Assembly (NCBI GenBank): GCA_000934665.2
Contig: KZ538359.1
Span: forward strand, 61,161 to 81,160
Reading direction: 5' to 3'
Source of the DNA: Catajapyx aquilonaris
Lineage: Eukaryota
Length of the DNA stretch: 20,000 nucleotides
Shown: one piece after another, positions 19,258 to 20,000 of the stretch
How positions within the stretch are numbered: the stretch's first letter is position 1
How the letters are laid out: each line of letters starts with the position of its first letter
The notes under the pieces: generated by a model
What the model saw: only the letters and a program-made list of their open reading frames with translations
Told to the model about the DNA's origin: nothing
Databases searched by the model: none
Program-made: the position numbers and the translations under genes

Positions 19258-19780
19258 TTCTTCCTCCCTGCCGTTTGCCCCGCGAAGCGGGGCACACGGC
19301 AGGGACCACCAACTCCACCTACCGGTTGGCCCGCGAAGCGGGCCATCCGGCGCGCGTGATACGAATAGATCGGAATCGCTACGAGCCCAATGCAATTTTC
19401 CCGACTTCATAACTCGCGATCGGGTTAATCGATTTCAAATCGGAAACTAGATTTACACTCCGCTCACTACAGTTTCAAACTTTAGATAGATAAACAACAA
19501 CTAGGGCCATTACCGGGGTCATTATCCGGGGTCAAAGTTCAAAAAAGTGTCGTTAGTCGCACCGGGGTACAGCCTAAACGGTGCGTCGTAGAGGGTCATA
19601 CAATGCTTCATTAGAACCGCAATGTTCCCAGGGAGTGCCCTCCTGCCTACCTTTTTTTGAGAAAAACCTTTACTTTTTGAGCTACAAGGCGACAATTTCG
19701 AAAGTGTCAGTTTTGTGGCTCTCGCTCCCTTTCTGTACCGAGACCGGATATACTTGGGAGGGGGGGTCCCAGTCTGGAGC
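19258..19780 (+). mobile_element. Probable Helentron/DINE-like non-autonomous rolling-circle element, 5' part (right boundary uncertain)
   Basis: It starts after a T-rich tract with two GC-rich GCGAAGC-loop hairpins (19265-19305, 19322-19350). These are followed by ATAACTC..AATCGATTTCAA and GGGGTCAAAGTTCA motifs that resemble, from memory, HINE/DINE-type cores. Confidence 0.45.
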
Positions 19781-20000
19781 CCACTTCCCCCCACAGGAGG
19801 TTGAAGGGGGGAAGCATTTTGGGACGAAAGGGGGGGCATCAGCAGGTTTTCACTTTATTCTGATGATGAAAAGAATTAAATAAAAATAGGCAGTAAAACT
19901 GCAGAAAACTATTCTTCCTCTGGGTGAGATTAAAAGTAAGAAACAAGTCCATAGGTGGGGGTTGGTTCGTGTCATGGGGATGTGTGATAATCAAATTTAA

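Overview
Eukaryotic genomic DNA, most likely arthropod (insect/crustacean-like slo protein, TTAGG-type repeats, short introns). It has two minus-strand protein-coding genes in tandem. The first is a complete 7-coding-exon Golgi type II carbohydrate 6-O-sulfotransferase of the CHST/GlcNAc6ST family (17767->15737, about 440 aa by my splice model). The second is the first coding exon of the BK channel gene slowpoke (slo/KCNMA1; 13402->13019), which carries a Ser/poly-Gln expansion in the S0-S1 loop. I found no further slo exon, so 1-13018 appears to be part of one large slo intron. The non-coding DNA holds a 151-bp satellite array, an 18-bp minisatellite in a TTAGG-containing foldback element and four copies of one ~220-375 bp TIR element. 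It also holds an inverted pair of CACT-ended MITEs forming a ~225-bp palindrome, a pogo-like MITE end and a Helentron-like element with twin GCGAAGC hairpins. Clustered RFX X-box, AP-1 and CRE-like motifs occur at three places, and a decayed antisense discoidin-like gene fragment may be nested in the slo intron. I see no convincing new biological system; the findings are testable leads, identified by eye without database searches.
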